From Tubiluchus corallicola (lineage: Eukaryota > Animalia > Priapulida), in the NCBI GenBank assembly GCA_030141605.1, contig JAQGDQ010000582.1, positions 1-64,000 of the forward strand: DNA of 64,000 nucleotides. The letters run 5' to 3'. This document shows positions 62,835 to 64,000 of the stretch, one piece after another; the first letter of the stretch is position 1; the number at the start of each line of letters is the position of its first letter. The position numbers and the translations under genes are program-made. Below the pieces are notes generated by a model, which searched no databases, had not been told where the DNA came from, and saw only the letters and a program-made list of their open reading frames with translations.

Positions 62835-64000
62835 AGTGACCTCAAAGAGAACTCGGTGTCTAAGAGTGAACTAGACACTCTACTGAAAGCACATCTGAAT
62901 AGGCCTGTATCTGCTAGTGCTCCAGACTCAGTTTCATCGCAAAAGAAAAGCTGTGCAGAAGCAGCTAAACAGTTGTGATGAGAACTTCCAACTCTTAAAT
63001 TCAGGCAAACAGCGCTCGGGCGAGAAAGATGTTGCTGCTTTAAATGAAAGTGACGGATGCGTTGAAGTCAAAAAGCGCCGACGTCCACGGCTCGGGCAAA
63101 GCAACAGCCTTAAGTGATCACGAGATCAGCGACTGGAAGTTTGCTTCTCAAAACGAGTAAACCGCTTCGTAGAATATTCGCGACGCGTTTAGACCAGGAC
63201 ACGCAAGCGTCAGAAATTCAACGTTTCATAGATGAGTCGTGTGACATTTTCCGTTAGTGTTGAGCAGCTCAAGACTAATTATAACACGTACTTTTCTTTT
63301 GTTATTAGCTGCCACGGTACTGATGAGTACAATGAAATTATGAGCGCCGAATTATAGCCAGCAGGAACCTTAGTGAAACCATATTACGCACCAAAAATAG
63401 CAAAGAACAAAACTACTTTATCACAAACATTAACGCAAGAATCAAGACTGCCTTCTACCGGTAGTTCTAAACCGTCTTTATCCACTCACAGTGAAGGGCA
63501 AAGTGACAAACTCATCCATCATGTAACAGGTGGCGGTACCACTAACAGTTCAACTTATCTACCCAATGATGAGCTACAACTACAGCCAACTAGCGACTCT
63601 CAAGATAGCGAGCTATAATTGCAACTCTGTTATACATCCCGAGTCTCAATATGTTATTCGGGAATTGTGCAATTCATGCGATGTAATACTTCTGCAAGAA
63701 ACAATGTTGCCAAAGCAGGAACTGGGATATCTGTCGTGCATTCACCCAGATTTCTACGGTCAAGGTGTTTTCGCCAACCGACTTATCAGTTGGAATGGTG
63801 GAAGAAAGACCACAAGGTGGACTGGCAATTCTGTGGAAGAAAAGCCTACCTGTTACTAGCAGACTTCTCACACTTGATGACGTTTACAGGTTTATGGGCA
63901 TATCCTTCTCAATTCCTGGGAAACTTATGCCACTCGTATTGCTTAATGCTTATTTCCCCTATGAAGCAGATTGTAATATTGATGAATTTAGGCCTTGTCT
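62835..64000 (+). mobile_element. Decayed LINE 5' part: ORF1 remnant and start of ORF2 APE endonuclease
   Basis: ORF1-like FATRLDQDT..EQLKTNYNTYFSFVI..PAGTLVKPYY; ORF2 LKIASYNCNS..DVILLQET..GRPQGGLAILWKK..LLNAYFP; frameshifted, continues past the window. Confidence 0.8.

Overview
AT-rich, repeat-dense animal (invertebrate-like) nuclear DNA with spliceosomal introns; nothing prokaryotic and no CRISPR array. Four host genes can be built by hand: (1) a complete 7-exon NFU1 (mitochondrial Fe-S scaffold, + strand, 14836-24169); (2) a divergent, complete 5-exon gene for an unrecognised 216-aa type I membrane protein (- strand, 14459-8660); (3) a gene with an uninterrupted CDS for a secreted Cys-rich protein with LDLa and TSP1-like modules (- strand, 39495-38833); (4) an espin/forked-like actin-bundling gene (+ strand, 51243-62046, running off the window) with a 2.3-kb exon and a candidate MGCC first exon. 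The rest is decayed LINEs (RTEX-like, CR1, RTE, L1/Tx1-like), at least 12 TTAA-flanked Kolobok-like MITEs, hAT and mariner MITEs with target-site duplications, satellites and microsatellites. Most notable: a 202-bp palindrome carrying one minimal hammerhead ribozyme motif on each strand (32655-32856), and a 1.5-kb gag-only LTR retroelement whose gag ORF is intact although its LTRs have clearly diverged (56544-58078). All calls come from reading the sequence by eye; no searches were run and identities are manual estimates.
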